Shown: positions 1-12,019, numbered from the stretch's first letter. The stretch: DNA of 64,000 bases from Octopus sinensis (GCF_006345805.1 NC_043001.1:116498001-116562000), one strand, 5' to 3'. A program made the numbers and translations. Notes: generated by a model from the letters alone, not told the origin.

Positions 1-862
1 GTGAAACATGAGCCATGAATGATGAGGACCTGCGTAGGCTTGAAAGAAATGAAGCTAGTATGATCCGCTGGATGTTTAATGTCAGTGTGCATACACAACA
101 GAGTGTAAGCACCCTGAGAGAAAAGTTGGGCATAAGAAGCATCAAATGTGGTGTGCAAGAGAGATGACTGCACTGGTGTGGTCATGTGTTATGTATGGAT
201 GAGGACAGCTGTGTGAGGAAGTGTCACTTCCTAACTGTGGAAGGAACCTGTGGAAAAGGTAGACCCAGGAAAACATGGGATGAGGTGTTGAAGTGTGATC
301 TTCAAACACTGGGCCTCACAGAGGCAATGACAGGAGACTGTGACCTTTGGAGATATGCTGTGATTGAGAAAACCCAGCAACAAAAGGGAAATCGCAACCA
401 TGGCCTATGCCAGTGTTGCATGTCCGGCCCATTTAAGAGTACTCCTGATGCATTGGGTGATATGATATGCTTAAAAAGACCAGTTGAGTGAAGTAAAACC
501 AAAATCATAGCTGTGGCCAGTGCCCCCTGACTGGCTCCCATTCCAGTGGCACATAAAAAGAACCCTCCGAATGTGGCTGATGCCAGTACTCCCTGACTGG
601 CACCCGTGCCAGTGGCATATAAAAAGCACCATCCGAATGTGATCGATGCCAGGCCTACCTGACTGGCTTCTGTGCCGGTGGCACATAAAAAGTACCCACT
701 ACACTCTTGGAGTGGTTAGCATTAGGAAGGGCATCCAACTGTGGAAACATTGCCAGATCAGATTGGAGCTTGGTGCAGCTACTGGCTTTCCAGACCTCAG
801 TCAAATCGTCCAGCCCATGCCAGCATGGAAAACAGATGTTAAACGATGATAACAATGATGAT
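1..862 (+). mobile_element. RTE-clade LINE, 3' end (decayed RT C-terminus, 3' UTR with 66-bp modules, (GAT)n tail)
   Basis: Frame +3 reads ET*AMNDEDLRRLERNEASMIRWM...GVQER*LHWCGHVLCM...GKGRPRKTWDEVLKCDL, the RLRWxGHVxRM...GRPRKTW motif of RTE-type RTs, with stops at 9-11 and 165-167. It is followed by three 66-bp modules (516, 582, 648) and a GAT-rich tail at about 845-862. Confidence 0.85.
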
Positions 863-1854
863 TCTAGTTGTGAGCAACCAATCTTTGTTTAAGATGTTAT
901 AATGTATTTAGGACTACATTGCCCTTGATATACACAGCCAACCTTTTTAAAATGGTAGGATGGAATTTGAGGAAGATTTGGTTCTTGTGATACAAAGGGT
1001 GGGTTGTAGAGGTCTACAATATATCATTGATATCATCAGTTTAATGTCATCTCAGCTATCTAGTAAAATAATCCAAAATGTTTTAATGATTTCTTTCCAC
1101 ATATTTCATAAACTACATCTCTTATTAGTTCAGCAATACAGAATGTGGTTTTATCAAATTAAGAAAGGAAATCTCAATGTGGTTGCTCCACCTGGCAGAA
1201 ATAGTAGTCAAATCTTCTTTAAACCACACCCAATTGTTTTGTATTTTTTTAAGAGCCTCTGTCAGTCAAGGTTGATCATGCTATCTACAGCCAACTGCAC
1301 AAACCTCAGCAAGATTTTTTAAAGACAAACTTGCAGCTTCCCTCTCTTTATACTATGATGTCGGTCCAAGGGAAAGCCCACCAACTTGGACAGATAAAGT
1401 TTGGCACAAGGACCATCAAAGGTATTGCTGTCAGAATGTAAAGATCTGGGACACATACTACAAGGTACCTTGCCTGATCATCTAACAGCTCTACAAATCC
1501 TTTATCCTGAGTTGGTAAATTTTTTATTGACCCTGCAAGGATGAAAGGCAAAGTTGACTTTGGCATGATTTGAACTCAAATCACAGAGTTAGAACAAATA
1601 CCATAAAGCATTGTTTCCAATGCTCTAATAACTGCCATTTTACGGCTTTCAAATGCCTTTAACAAATTTTTTTTAAAATGACTATCCAATCCATTTTTTC
1701 CAGACATAGTATATCAAGGACTACAAGTGGATAATGATAAAGAAAGGAAGGCAGATAGACTGCTTAGCCCCAGGTCAGTCCTATGAACTAAGGCATTCCA
1801 ATCATGATCACCCAGTCTTTTTATATTTTCTCCACACGGTATATAAGAACCATA

Positions 1855-2086
1855 AGGCGGCGAACTAGCAGAATCGTTAGCACGTCGGGCGAAATGCTTA
1901 GTGGTATTTCGGCTGCCGTTACGTTGTGAGTTCGAATTCCGCCTAGGTCGACTTTGCCTTTCATCCTTTCGGGGTCGATAAATTAAGTACCAGTTAAGCA
2001 CTGGGGTCGATATAATCGACTTAATACCTATGTCTGTCCATGTTTGTCCCCTCTATGTTTAGCCCCTTGTGGGTAATAAAGAAATA
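1855..2086 (+). mobile_element. tRNA-derived SINE, family C (full length)
   Basis: A-box-like CTAGCAGAATCG, B-box-like GAGTTCGAATTCC, central GTCGACTTTGCCTTTCATCCTTTCGGGGTCGATAAATTAAGTACC (resembles the Meta/MESC-type SINE domain, from memory). 17-bp TSD GGTATATAAGAACCATA at 1838-1854 and 2087-2103. Confidence 0.85.
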
Positions 2087-2656
2087 GGTATATAAGAACC
2101 ATATTATCCAATATGTTTTTCCTTTTACAAGGTAAAATGTGAAGAAGATTTGGCTGCTCTTTCTAGCAGATTAAATGATGTGTTGAGACTCCTTAAGATA
2201 TGTGTGGTGGATGATTTAAGGCATGATTCTTAGGAGAAGAAAAGTGATAAAGAACAACAATACCAACTACAAAAGAATAAGAATAAATAAATAAAAAATA
2301 CTGACAGCCAAGAAGTGAAAATAACACAAAACAAAAAAGCTGCAAATAAACAACAAAAACAAAGAGGGAAATCTTAGAAAGAAGTGGGGAGAGATCAACT
2401 TGTATGTCATTTCCTTCTAGAAAGGAAGAGACATCCTTTAATTTTATATGAGTAGTGTAGCAAAACCTCATATTTTGATGATTCATATATGCACACAGAC
2501 AGACAGACAGACAGACACACACGCACGCACACACACACACACACGCTTGCAAATTTATAGTTTAATTAATGCACATATCTGTGCATAAATTCACACATAC
2601 ACACTTCCACATTAAATAACTAAACACACATCTTTTTCTCACTCGCTCTCTTCTGT

Positions 2657-2701
<45 letters not shown>

Positions 2702-3169
2702 CGTGTGTGTATGTGTGTGTGTGTGCACACACACTCAGTCACTCACAGTCATACACATACTCCATACATATGCATATACTCAAGCATTTATAAATCCACA
2801 TAAGTATTGAAACATACATTTACTACTGCGAATAGAGACATACACATACACATTGCTTTTACATATACAGAAAAATGTCATATATCAAGAAATCCATCAT
2901 CAATCATACACATGCACATACACACACACACGCATGTGCTGCATGCACACTTGTGTAGGCCCAGCTAAAAATAGTTGTCCAATGACAGGTGCAGGGTTTA
3001 AAATAGTGTTGATACACAACACTGTGTACAAGTGTCTATTCTGAGGAAATTAGGGTCAAAACTATCACCACATTTGCTGACAGCTAAATTGGGTGAAAGG
3101 AACAGAAAGCAGAAAAAGAAAAGAAAGAAGGAAAAGAATGAAGAAAGGACGGAGAAAGAAGACAAAGAA

Positions 3170-3965
3170 AATGAAAGATGAATGAAGAAAAAAGAATTTA
3201 TTTATTGAGCCTCTGGATGGATGAAAGGTAAAGTTGTCCTTGGCAGGGTTTGAACTCAAACATAAAGAGCTGGAACTTCTATTCTATGCACAAGGCTTGA
3301 AATTTTAGGGGAGTGGACCAGTCGATTAGACTGAACATAGAATGCAACTGGTACTTAATTTACCGATCCCAAAAGGATAAAAGGCAAAGTCGACCTTGGC
3401 AGAATTTGAACTCAGAATGCAAAGACACAAAATACTGCTAAGCATTTCGCTCAGCATGCTAACGTTTCAGCCAGCTCACTACCTTAGCTGGAACAAATAT
3501 TGCAAGATATTTTGGTGCTAATGAATCTGCTAATCCAATGCCTTAATAATGATTATTATTGTTTCAAATTCAGGCACAAGACCAGTAATTCTGTAAGTAG
3601 AAGATTAGTCAATACCACTGGCCCAGTACTTGACAAGTATACTATTTTATCAACCCCGACCAAAAGATAAAAGGAAAGACTCACTTCAAAGGGAATTGAA
3701 CTCAGAATGTAAAAAGCTGAAGTAAACACTGCAAAGCATTTTGTCTGACACTAACAATTCTCCCAGCTCACCACCTTTAATGGTTTCTAACATAGGCTCA
3801 AGGCCAGCAATTTGAAGAGAAAGAGTTAGTTGATAAAACAGATCCCAGTACTTGACAGGTACTGTATCAACCCTCAAAGGGTGAAAAGCAAAGTTGACCC
3901 CAGAGGGATTTAGACACAGAACAAATGCAAGGTATTTTTTCTGACAAACAATTCTGCCTATCCAG
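3170..3965 (-). mobile_element. Cluster of at least 4 degenerate family-C SINE copies or fragments
   Basis: Repeated GGATGAAAGG(C/T)AAAGT(C/T)GACC...ATTTGAACTCAGAA motif at about 3220, 3375, 3660 and 3880; the best copy is 3275-3488. Confidence 0.7.
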
Positions 3966-5656
3966 CACAACAACGACTGGTTCACACTTACTACAAAGGT
4001 GATAGGTGAGGAACATGCCAAGAATGAATTACAAAAGCATAATGGGGATTTAGGCAGAATTATATATGGACAAATAAAGCAGGCATTGAAGAACAGCAGT
4101 ATACAGAAGGAATGAAGTGAGCTGTCCCAATAGGAGGACAGCAACCAGTCAAGAAATTCCAGTGGATCTAAGATTACTCCAACTGCCAAGGGCAAGTGTC
4201 CTCTCTCAAGATGTATTCTCTAAACTACAGGTAAATGCCAAGTGTAGGCCCATTTAGTCAGGCCATGCTCACCACTCTCAACCAGACTTCAACAAAATTT
4301 CCTGACAGATAGCATCCCTCTCCACTCTAACCATTCAAGTAAAACCTGATGGATGCTTGGTTCAAGAGAAGAAGGTTTGTCTTCATTCTTTCAATTTTGT
4401 TTCTTCATTGTATTTCTTTTACATTCGTTTTTCCATGTTAATATGGGTTAGACAAATATATACGCTTGAGGAATTGTTTTTTTGTAACTGTATGCCCTTC
4501 CTGTTACTGCCCTTACCTGTCTTTTTAAGTAAAGTTGATTTCATACCACTCTTCTTCAAACATTTAGATCTACCTAATGATTTGTTGACAGAGAAATGCC
4601 AACATTATCACCATTTGTAGATCAGTGGTTTTTCATTTTTTAGGGAAACACAAAATTATGTAAACACTCACAGAGACACTCATGCATACAAATGTACACA
4701 CACACGATCTTTGCCTGATTTCTATCTACTAAATTCATTTACAAAACATTGGTCAGCCCAGAGTTATAAAAAATCTACAATCTCTCTTTTGCTTATAGCC
4801 AGCAAATAAAGGAAAACTGCTTGCTCTTCCTGACAAAAGGAAGAGTGACAGGTCAATCCCCAAGATTAACTTGGCTGTGCAACATAACTCCACAAGCTAA
4901 CAATGCTCAAACACTTGTAAGGTGCATGCAGAACAATTTTGTTGTTCCACACACACATATCTTGGACAGTCCTGGCTGGCAGCACTTCCTTACAAGTAAA
5001 GTTTTTTCCAGGACTGATATTGCTCTCTTATAGTAGTGCCAGGTCAGAACTGAAAGTCTTCTGTTATATGCTGTTTAGTTGATATTCGTCAATATTCTGA
5101 TTTTGGAATATTATTGATTTTTGAATATTATTGATTTTGTTCACTACAAGTCCTCAATAGAATGCAATGGTTGATATACCACTAATCACATTTGCCAAAT
5201 GTTAGAGGACTGTAACATGTCGCAGCAATGGCTCAAGAGCCCAAATGTACAGGAATGATGAGAGAGAGAATCCTTGATTTGAATCAGACCCAACTGGTGG
5301 TTATTTATTTTGACCACCAAGCAGATGTCACAGTACATTGAAGTGATCCAATCTCTGAAAGCAGGACTGAAACAAACTCCACTGAGGACTGCCACCTTGT
5401 ACTGACAGCGGACATTATCACCAACTTTAAACTGTTTCAAAGTGTCCCCACCAAAGCCAACTGTGTATCACATGAAGTGAAGTTGCCTTGGTTATGAGCT
5501 GAGAATCACACAGAGAAAAGGTCAATATATTAAGCCACACTATTATATGTATATTAAGATAGGAGAAGGGATATATATGCACACTGATACACATATATAT
5601 ATACAATTATGTACATATATCCATATATACAATTTATATGTATGCATACACACATA

Positions 5657-5959
5657 TTCTGTTGTGTCTGGGGAGAGCCATTCTCTTTTAGTGCCTTATT
5701 ATTTAACACACTCACCGGTATAATTTCCACTTATTTCTTATTTTTATATTCTAAAATTTTCGTTGTGTCTTGCAACCTTTTCAATAGTTTTGACTCTCAG
5801 AGTATAGAATATAAAAATAAGAAATAAGTGGAAATTTTACCGGTGAGTGTGTTAAATAATAAGGCACTAAAAGAGAATGACTCTCCCCAGACACAACAGA
5901 ATAAGTTTCAACACACGAACTCATATAAAGAAACTTGCAAACCAAATCTAAAAATGAAA
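5657..5959. mobile_element. Fold-back element: about 99-bp inverted arms, 51-bp loop, 56-bp unique tail
   Basis: Arms 5655-5753 and 5805-5903 are near-perfect reverse complements; flanked by the 12-bp direct repeat CATACACACATA (5645-5656, 5960-5971). Confidence 0.8.
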
Positions 5960-7059
5960 CATACACACATAGTCTTACAAATATTCATAAAGGGAGAAGA
6001 AGCAATAGATAGGTAGACAAACATTTTGATTGACTGATAAACAGTTAAGAAGAAAGTTAAGAGATAGATTAGTTTGCCAAACAGATTTATTGATATGAAG
6101 ATTAGCTGATGGGGATGGTGTAGACAAAACCAAACAACACAGACAGGCGGAAGAGACAACACAGACATGTGGATAGGGCAGATACATATCTATTGGAACT
6201 CATAAAAAGTAATTGAAAAGGAAGGAAAAGACAAATCTAGTTTTTCTATATGAAACAAATTATATAAAAAGTGTGAAGAATTTGATTAAATTAAGTAGGA
6301 CGAGTATATATATTAATATACATTTTTCATGTGAATATTTATGTGTGTGCTGGATTAAGATAATAGCATTAAATCAATAATTCCGATATTTTTGCTAGAC
6401 CCTTCTACCTACATCTGTCTGTTCTGTGCCAAATGTTAACAGCCTATAAGGTACAGAATGTTTTGGGGAGCAGGGAGAAAGGCAAACCATGATTCTAGCG
6501 ATCATTCCAATGAAATATCTGACCTGTGACGAATCCTATATTGAGAAGCTTCCCAAATAGTCGACAGACTCTTTTAGTCGACTATGTTAGCTGCCTGGCT
6601 GTCTGAATAGACTGAGAGATGGTTGGATGGCCAAATAAACAAACAGTCAGATAAACAAAATTTTAGACGGAATGAACAGACAAACAGACAAACAGATACA
6701 TGCACAGATGACAAAACAGATAGCTAACCAACCATGAATTATATATGCCAGCCTTTTGTGCAAAATACCATTCTGGAAACTAGGACAGAATGGCCATCAA
6801 TCCAGAACAAGACAAAGTCTTTTAATTTCTAAACTAAAGAAGAGGGAAGTATTTCTACAAAATACAAAAAGAATTTGATTGTTATTTAAAATTATGTAAA
6901 AATATTTGAACCTCAATAAACATAGTGATATATGCATGGCATCATGGTTAATATGTTTGCTTTATAACCACATGGTTTTAGATTCAATCCCACAATGAAA
7001 TACCTTGAGCTGATCCCAATGCCTTATGAGTGAATCTGATAGATGGAAACTGTGCAAAA

Positions 7060-7091
<32 letters not shown>

Positions 7092-7094
<3 letters not shown>

Positions 7095-7486
7095 CACAGG
7101 AGTGGCTGAGTGGTAACAAGCTTGCTTTCCAACCACATGGTTCTGGGTTCAGTCCCACTGTATGGCACCTTGGGCAAGTGTCTTCTACTATAGCCTTGGG
7201 CTGACCAAAGCCTTATGAGTGGATTTGGTAGACAGAAACTGAAAGAAGCCAGTTGTGTGTGTGTGTGTATTTGTGTGTCTGTGTTTGTCCTCCCATCATT
7301 GCTTGACAAACGATATTGGTGTGCTTATGTCCCTGTAACTTAGTGGTTTGGCAAAAGAGACTAATAAAATAAGTACTAAGCTTACAAAGACTAAGTCCTG
7401 GGGGTCAATTTGTTCGACTAAAGGCAATGCTCCAGCATGGCTACAGTCAAATGGCTGAAACAACTAAAAGAGAGTAAAAGAGAATA
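7092..7486 (+). mobile_element. tRNA-derived SINE, family A (CORE-like)
   Basis: A box TGGCTGAGTGG, B box GGTTCAGTCCC, GGCACCTTGGGCAAGTGTCTT (similar to the MIR CORE GTGACCTTGGGCAAGTCACTT), internal (TG)n, AAAAGAGT-type tail. Confidence 0.85.
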
Positions 7487-7488
7487 TA

Positions 7489-8763
7489 CAGGGATTGGAC
7501 AAAATAATGGAAACACCTAGCATCATAGCATCATAATTTTGAAATATTTATAAAACTGTCAAAAGTTTATTTATTATTATGTTTTTTGATTTATTATTAG
7601 TGTTGCTTAATATGTTTTGCTAAAATTACTGTTTCTTTTCAGATATCATCAGAAAAAAGGGCAATTAAAATTCATTAAAATGACTGATCTATCGCACTTT
7701 CAAAGAGGTTGAATTGTTGGTGCTCGTATGGCAAGTGCTAGCATAACGAAAACAGCTGAAATTTTGGTGTATCAAGAAGTACTGTCTTGAAAGTAATGAC
7801 AGCCTTTGAGAAAGATGGAAAAACCTCCTTGTTGAAACAAAACTCCGGAAGAAAACCCAAACTTTCAGATAGGGACCATCGGACTTACGCAAACTGTTAG
7901 AAAAGATCACAAAAGTACAGCTCCCAAAATTACTGCAGAGCTTAATGACCACCTCGAGAACCCAGTTTCCACAGAAACTGTTCACCAGGAGCTGCACAAA
8001 GCTGGATTTCATGAGAGGGCTGCAATCAGAAAACCACTACTTTCAAAACAAATGTTGCAAAGCATTTAGAGTGGAGTAAAAACCTACAGAATTGGTTCCT
8101 AGAGCAGTGGAAGAATGTTATTTTCTTGGACGAGTCATCCTTTACCTTATTTCCAACCACCGGCTGAGTATACATGTGAAAACAGCCAAAAGAAGCATTT
8201 GACCCAGACTGCCTTCTTCCAACTGTTAAACATGGAGGAGGGTCTGTGATAATCTGGGGGGAGGGGTACATCTTAGAAATCTACTGGCCTAATGGTTTCC
8301 CTTCATGGTAGAATTAATAGTCAAGACTATTTAAGCATTTAATCTGATGAAATTCACCTTATGGTTGCAGAACTATTTCCATTGGGAAACGCAATCTTTC
8401 AGGATGATAATGCACCAATTCACACAGCTAAAGTTGTTACTGAATGGCACGAGAAACATTCTAGTGAAGCTGAACATCTTATCTGGCCACCACAGTCCAC
8501 AGATCTCAGTATTATTGAACATTTATGGTGCATTTTAGGAAATACAAGTAAGGAGTTGATATCTTCCACCATCATCACTATAAGAACTGGAGACTGTTTT
8601 AGCTGAAGAATGGTCAAAAATTCCTTTGGAAACAATTGAAACTTTGTACGAGTCCATACCTCATAAAATTCAAGTTGTAATTACTGCCAAAGGCACTCCT
8701 ACTCCATATTAAAGTAAATTTTTTGAAATTTTAAGGTGTTTCCATTATTTTGTCCAACCCCTG
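7489..8763 (+). mobile_element. Tc1-family DNA transposon, complete, DD36E (Incomer-like)
   Basis: 30-bp TIRs CAGGGATTGGACAAAATAATGGAAACACCT (7489) and AGGTGTTTCCATTATTTTGTCCAACCCCTG (ends 8763); TA at 7487-7488; total length 1275 bp. Confidence 0.92.
7680..8712 (+). pseudogene. Tc1 transposase pseudogene (stops and frameshifts)
   Basis: MTDLSHFQRG*IVGARM..., SGRKPKLS, VIFLDESSF, TVKHGGGSVIIWG, FQDDNAPIH...WPPQSTDLSIIEHLW, ends ...GTPTPY*; about 344 codons. Confidence 0.9.
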
Positions 8764-9065
8764 CCATGCAGCTACAATCATGCTGGAGCATTTTGTTTTA
8801 CAGCCATTTTTCCATGTTAACATGGGTTACAAGAATATATAAGTGAGACATTGTTTTCCAACCAGATACTCTTCACAGACAAGTAAATACACACACACAT
8901 ATACACAGCTTTTTCAATTTTCAACTGCGAAATCCACTCACAAAGGCTTTGGCTTATCTGGGACTACAGAAGAAGACACTCGTGCAAAACACCATGCAGA
9001 GGAAATGAACCTAAAATCATGAATGAGAAGCAAATTTCTTAATTACACACCTTCCTCTCTCTCTC

Positions 9066-9117
<52 letters not shown>

Positions 9118-10057
9118 ATACCCAGCCAAGGTTTGTTTACGTCCCTATAACTTAGAAGCTTAACTAAAAGAAAAAAAGTAAGAACTGTTAGTATAAGTAA
9201 TAAACTTAGAATAAACACTAGAGTGGACTTGATTCACCAAAACCCTTCAAACAGTGCTCCAGTATGACCACAGTCCAGTGAATGAAGTAATAAAGGAATA
9301 GAAAGCTACATAAATTGTTGACACGGTTAACACTCATTTTTTTTTTCAATTTCTTTTTCACTCATACAAAAACGGAGCACAGATGGGTCAAGACACTCTA
9401 GAATTAAGTTATTTGTTTTGGTCAAAATGTAGCAAGATGGAGAATGCTTAATGAAGTCGCAGGAAGAGTATTTGCTGCTCAAGACAAAGTAAAATGTGAT
9501 CTCATACGGAATGCTTAAGTGTAACATTTGTTTACAAGATATGATCTAATACCAGAGGATGTATACTTGAGCTTATCCCAGCTTATGTATTTATATTGTG
9601 CTTTGAGTGGATCAAGAACATCCTGGTTGGAAAATAAAGTGGTGGAAGCAACACTTCAATGAATGATGGATAGAAGTAGGTTCTGAGAATTAACCTATTT
9701 TAATTCTAAAATGAAAGTGATTGGTTAGACAGAAGTGGTTTACAGAAACAGGTCGGAGAAGTTGGAGATTTGGGGTTATTAGCATATATTAATAGCCAGA
9801 TGAATCAATTATCTTTAAGTACTACATCTCTACATATCTTTTATCTTTTACTTGTTTCAGTCATTTGACTCTTGGCCACACTGGAGCACTACCTAGAAGG
9901 GTTTTAGCCAAACAAATCAACCACAAGATTTAATTTTTTTTTAAACCTAGTACATATTCTATCGGTCCATTTTGCAGAACTGTAAGTTACAGGGATGTAA
10001 ACACACCAACACCAGTTGTCAAGTGATGATGGGGGAACACACACAGATATATCATCA

Positions 10058-10241
10058 TCATCGTTTAACGTCTGTTTTCCATGCTAGCATGGGTTGGACA
10101 GTTCAAGCGGGGTCTGGGAAGCCAGGAGGCTGCATCAGGCTCCAGTCTGATCTGGCAGTGTTTCTACAGCTGGATGCCCTTCCTAACGCCAACCACTCCA
10201 TGAGTGTAGTGGGTGCTTTTTATGTGCCACCGGCACAGACG

Positions 10242-10244
<3 letters not shown>
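10058..10244 (-). mobile_element. 5'-truncated RTE 3'-tail copy
   Basis: Reverse complement of the 690-862 tail, with CATCATCATCGTTTAACGTC at the left end. Confidence 0.8.
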
Positions 10245-10279
<35 letters not shown>

Positions 10280-10356
10280 TAGACTTTTTCAAGATCAGTG
10301 ATGAAAAGTCACTGGAAAAAGGATATATGTATTTGCATTGGGACCCTTCCATCAAA

Positions 10357-10427
10357 AACCGGTGATTGTCGTACACTGATGACGGGTCAATACCCAGAAA
10401 CTGCAGTCTGTGCGTATCACTTAGGTT
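10357..10427 (+). ncRNA. Minimal type-I hammerhead ribozyme
   Basis: CGTACA-CTGATGA-CGGGT CAAT ACCCA-GAAA-CTGCAG-TC-TGTGCG. Helix I 10370-10375/10409-10414, extended by GTGAT/ATCAC. Intact core; predicted GUC cleavage after 10408. Confidence 0.85.
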
Positions 10428-10459
10428 GACGAGGGAAGGGTGACCTCCCTTTGCAAATA

Positions 10460-10798
10460 TATAATATATAATAATGAAATTATTGTATACAGTGCTCAGG
10501 TGCACCACAACTTGTCAGAGTATATGCAGTAATGTACAAATGTCTGGAAAGTGAACAATGCATGAGTCAGATACATGCCTGCGTGTGTATGGAGGGGAGA
10601 AAATCAGGTGTAGTGTTGGCGAATCTCAGAAAGCATGGAAGTTTTGAAGGATGCAGTGCTCCGACAACTAACAACTGATGCCGGCAGTTTGTTCCATGCT
10701 TCAGCAACTCTCAGCATGAAAAAATGTTTCCTGAAGTCATGGAAGGAGCTGTGCTGTTTTCTGACTTTGTAAATATGTCCACGGGTGTTAGATGGGTG
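10460..10798 (-). mobile_element. CR1/L2-clade LINE 3' end
   Basis: Minus strand reads NTRGHIYKVRKQH...RKHFFMLRVAEAWNKLPASVVSCRSTASFK, the TRGH...FFxxRVxxxWNxLP C-terminal motif, then a 3' UTR and an ATT-rich tail. Confidence 0.85.
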
Positions 10799-10984
10799 GA
10801 TAGGGCACAGAAAGTGTGTCAATAGCCAGCTGGAGAAGATGTTCTCCTGGGGTTACAAGCTACAGTAACATTCACTCTTAGTGGTTAGCCATATTTAGAT
10901 GGCAAATATACTTCACATATATATATATATATTTGATGATGGATATATATATTTGATGTGTGTGTGTGTATATACACACACACA

Positions 10985-12019
10985 CTAGCAATGTATCCTG
11001 GCATTGCCTGGGTGTTATGACCTACAGCCACACTGTATTATTTGCTCCCTTCGTACAGGCAGAATTGGCACAGCTGATATATAGTGAACTGAATTACTGG
11101 TATAATGGAAGTTATTGTTTGTTTAAAGTGAAGGTGGAGGCAGATACAATTTGCATGGATTTGCATGAAAGTGATTTCTATTCTTAAGAAAGATCACAAA
11201 CTATGTATCATTTCATTATATAAAAGGGGGTTAATTCGATAACATGATTTTGCACAGAAATTCCATTTTCAAAATTCTAATTTCCCCCATTCTCCACCGC
11301 AATTTCTTGATTTCTAACTTCTTTCAAATTTCTTTTTTATCCACATAGAAAAATACAGAGATCACAAATCTGGGAAATATATATTTTTTAAAGTTTAATT
11401 TTTCTTAAATGCTCCTTCCTCCACCTCGCCCACCGATCACCTACCTGCTTTCAAAAAGCTAAAACCTCCCAATGTTTCACTTTTGTCTGATATTTCATGC
11501 ATGCATAGAATTGTACTGAAACAGCAGATGTAAAAAATACCAGACCACCACCAGAAAACTCAACATGCTAGAAACAACAAGTAAACAACGTTATTTCTGA
11601 AGAAACTTCCCAGCTTTCTAAAAAGCTAAAAATGAAACATTGGGAGTTTGTAGCTTTTTGAAAGTGGTAAGGTGATGGGTGGATGGTTGGGAAGGAGATT
11701 TTAGTGTATCTTTAAGAAAAAAGGAAGAAAATTCTTAAAGATTTGTACTCTCTGTTTTTTTACCATAGATCATCAAGAAAAAAATGTGGAAAAAAAGTTT
11801 TTTAAAAAAATGAAGAAATTGGGGCAGGGAGGGAGAAAATTAAAATATTGAGGTGTTTTGAGGGCGAAATTTTAATCTCCTGTATGGAAAACATAGGAAT
11901 TAGAAGAAATTTAGGAAAAAAATAAGGGGTGGGATGCAAATGTCACTTTGGACAATCTAGAAACAACAGGTAAAGGACAGGATTTCTAGGAAAACTTCCT
12001 TTTAAGTTTATATTGAAGA
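10985..12019 (-). mobile_element. Non-autonomous Helitron-type element (about 1.03 kb)
   Basis: Minus strand starts A|TCTTCAATATAAA (12019) and ends CTAG|T (10985); CpG-decayed subterminal hairpin CCTGGCATTGCCTGGG (compare CCCGGCGTTGCTCGGG at 27810). Confidence 0.7.

Larger units (their letters stand above)
10276..10916 (+). mobile_element. Hammerhead-bearing non-autonomous element, split by a CR1/L2 insertion
   Basis: 10310-10459 and 10799-10916 are collinear with the minus strand of 40511-40780 (CACTGGAAAAAG..TATATGTATTTG, hammerhead, GGGAAG..CAAATA | GATAGGGCACAGAAAG...GGCAAATAT). (TA)n on both sides. Confidence 0.8.
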
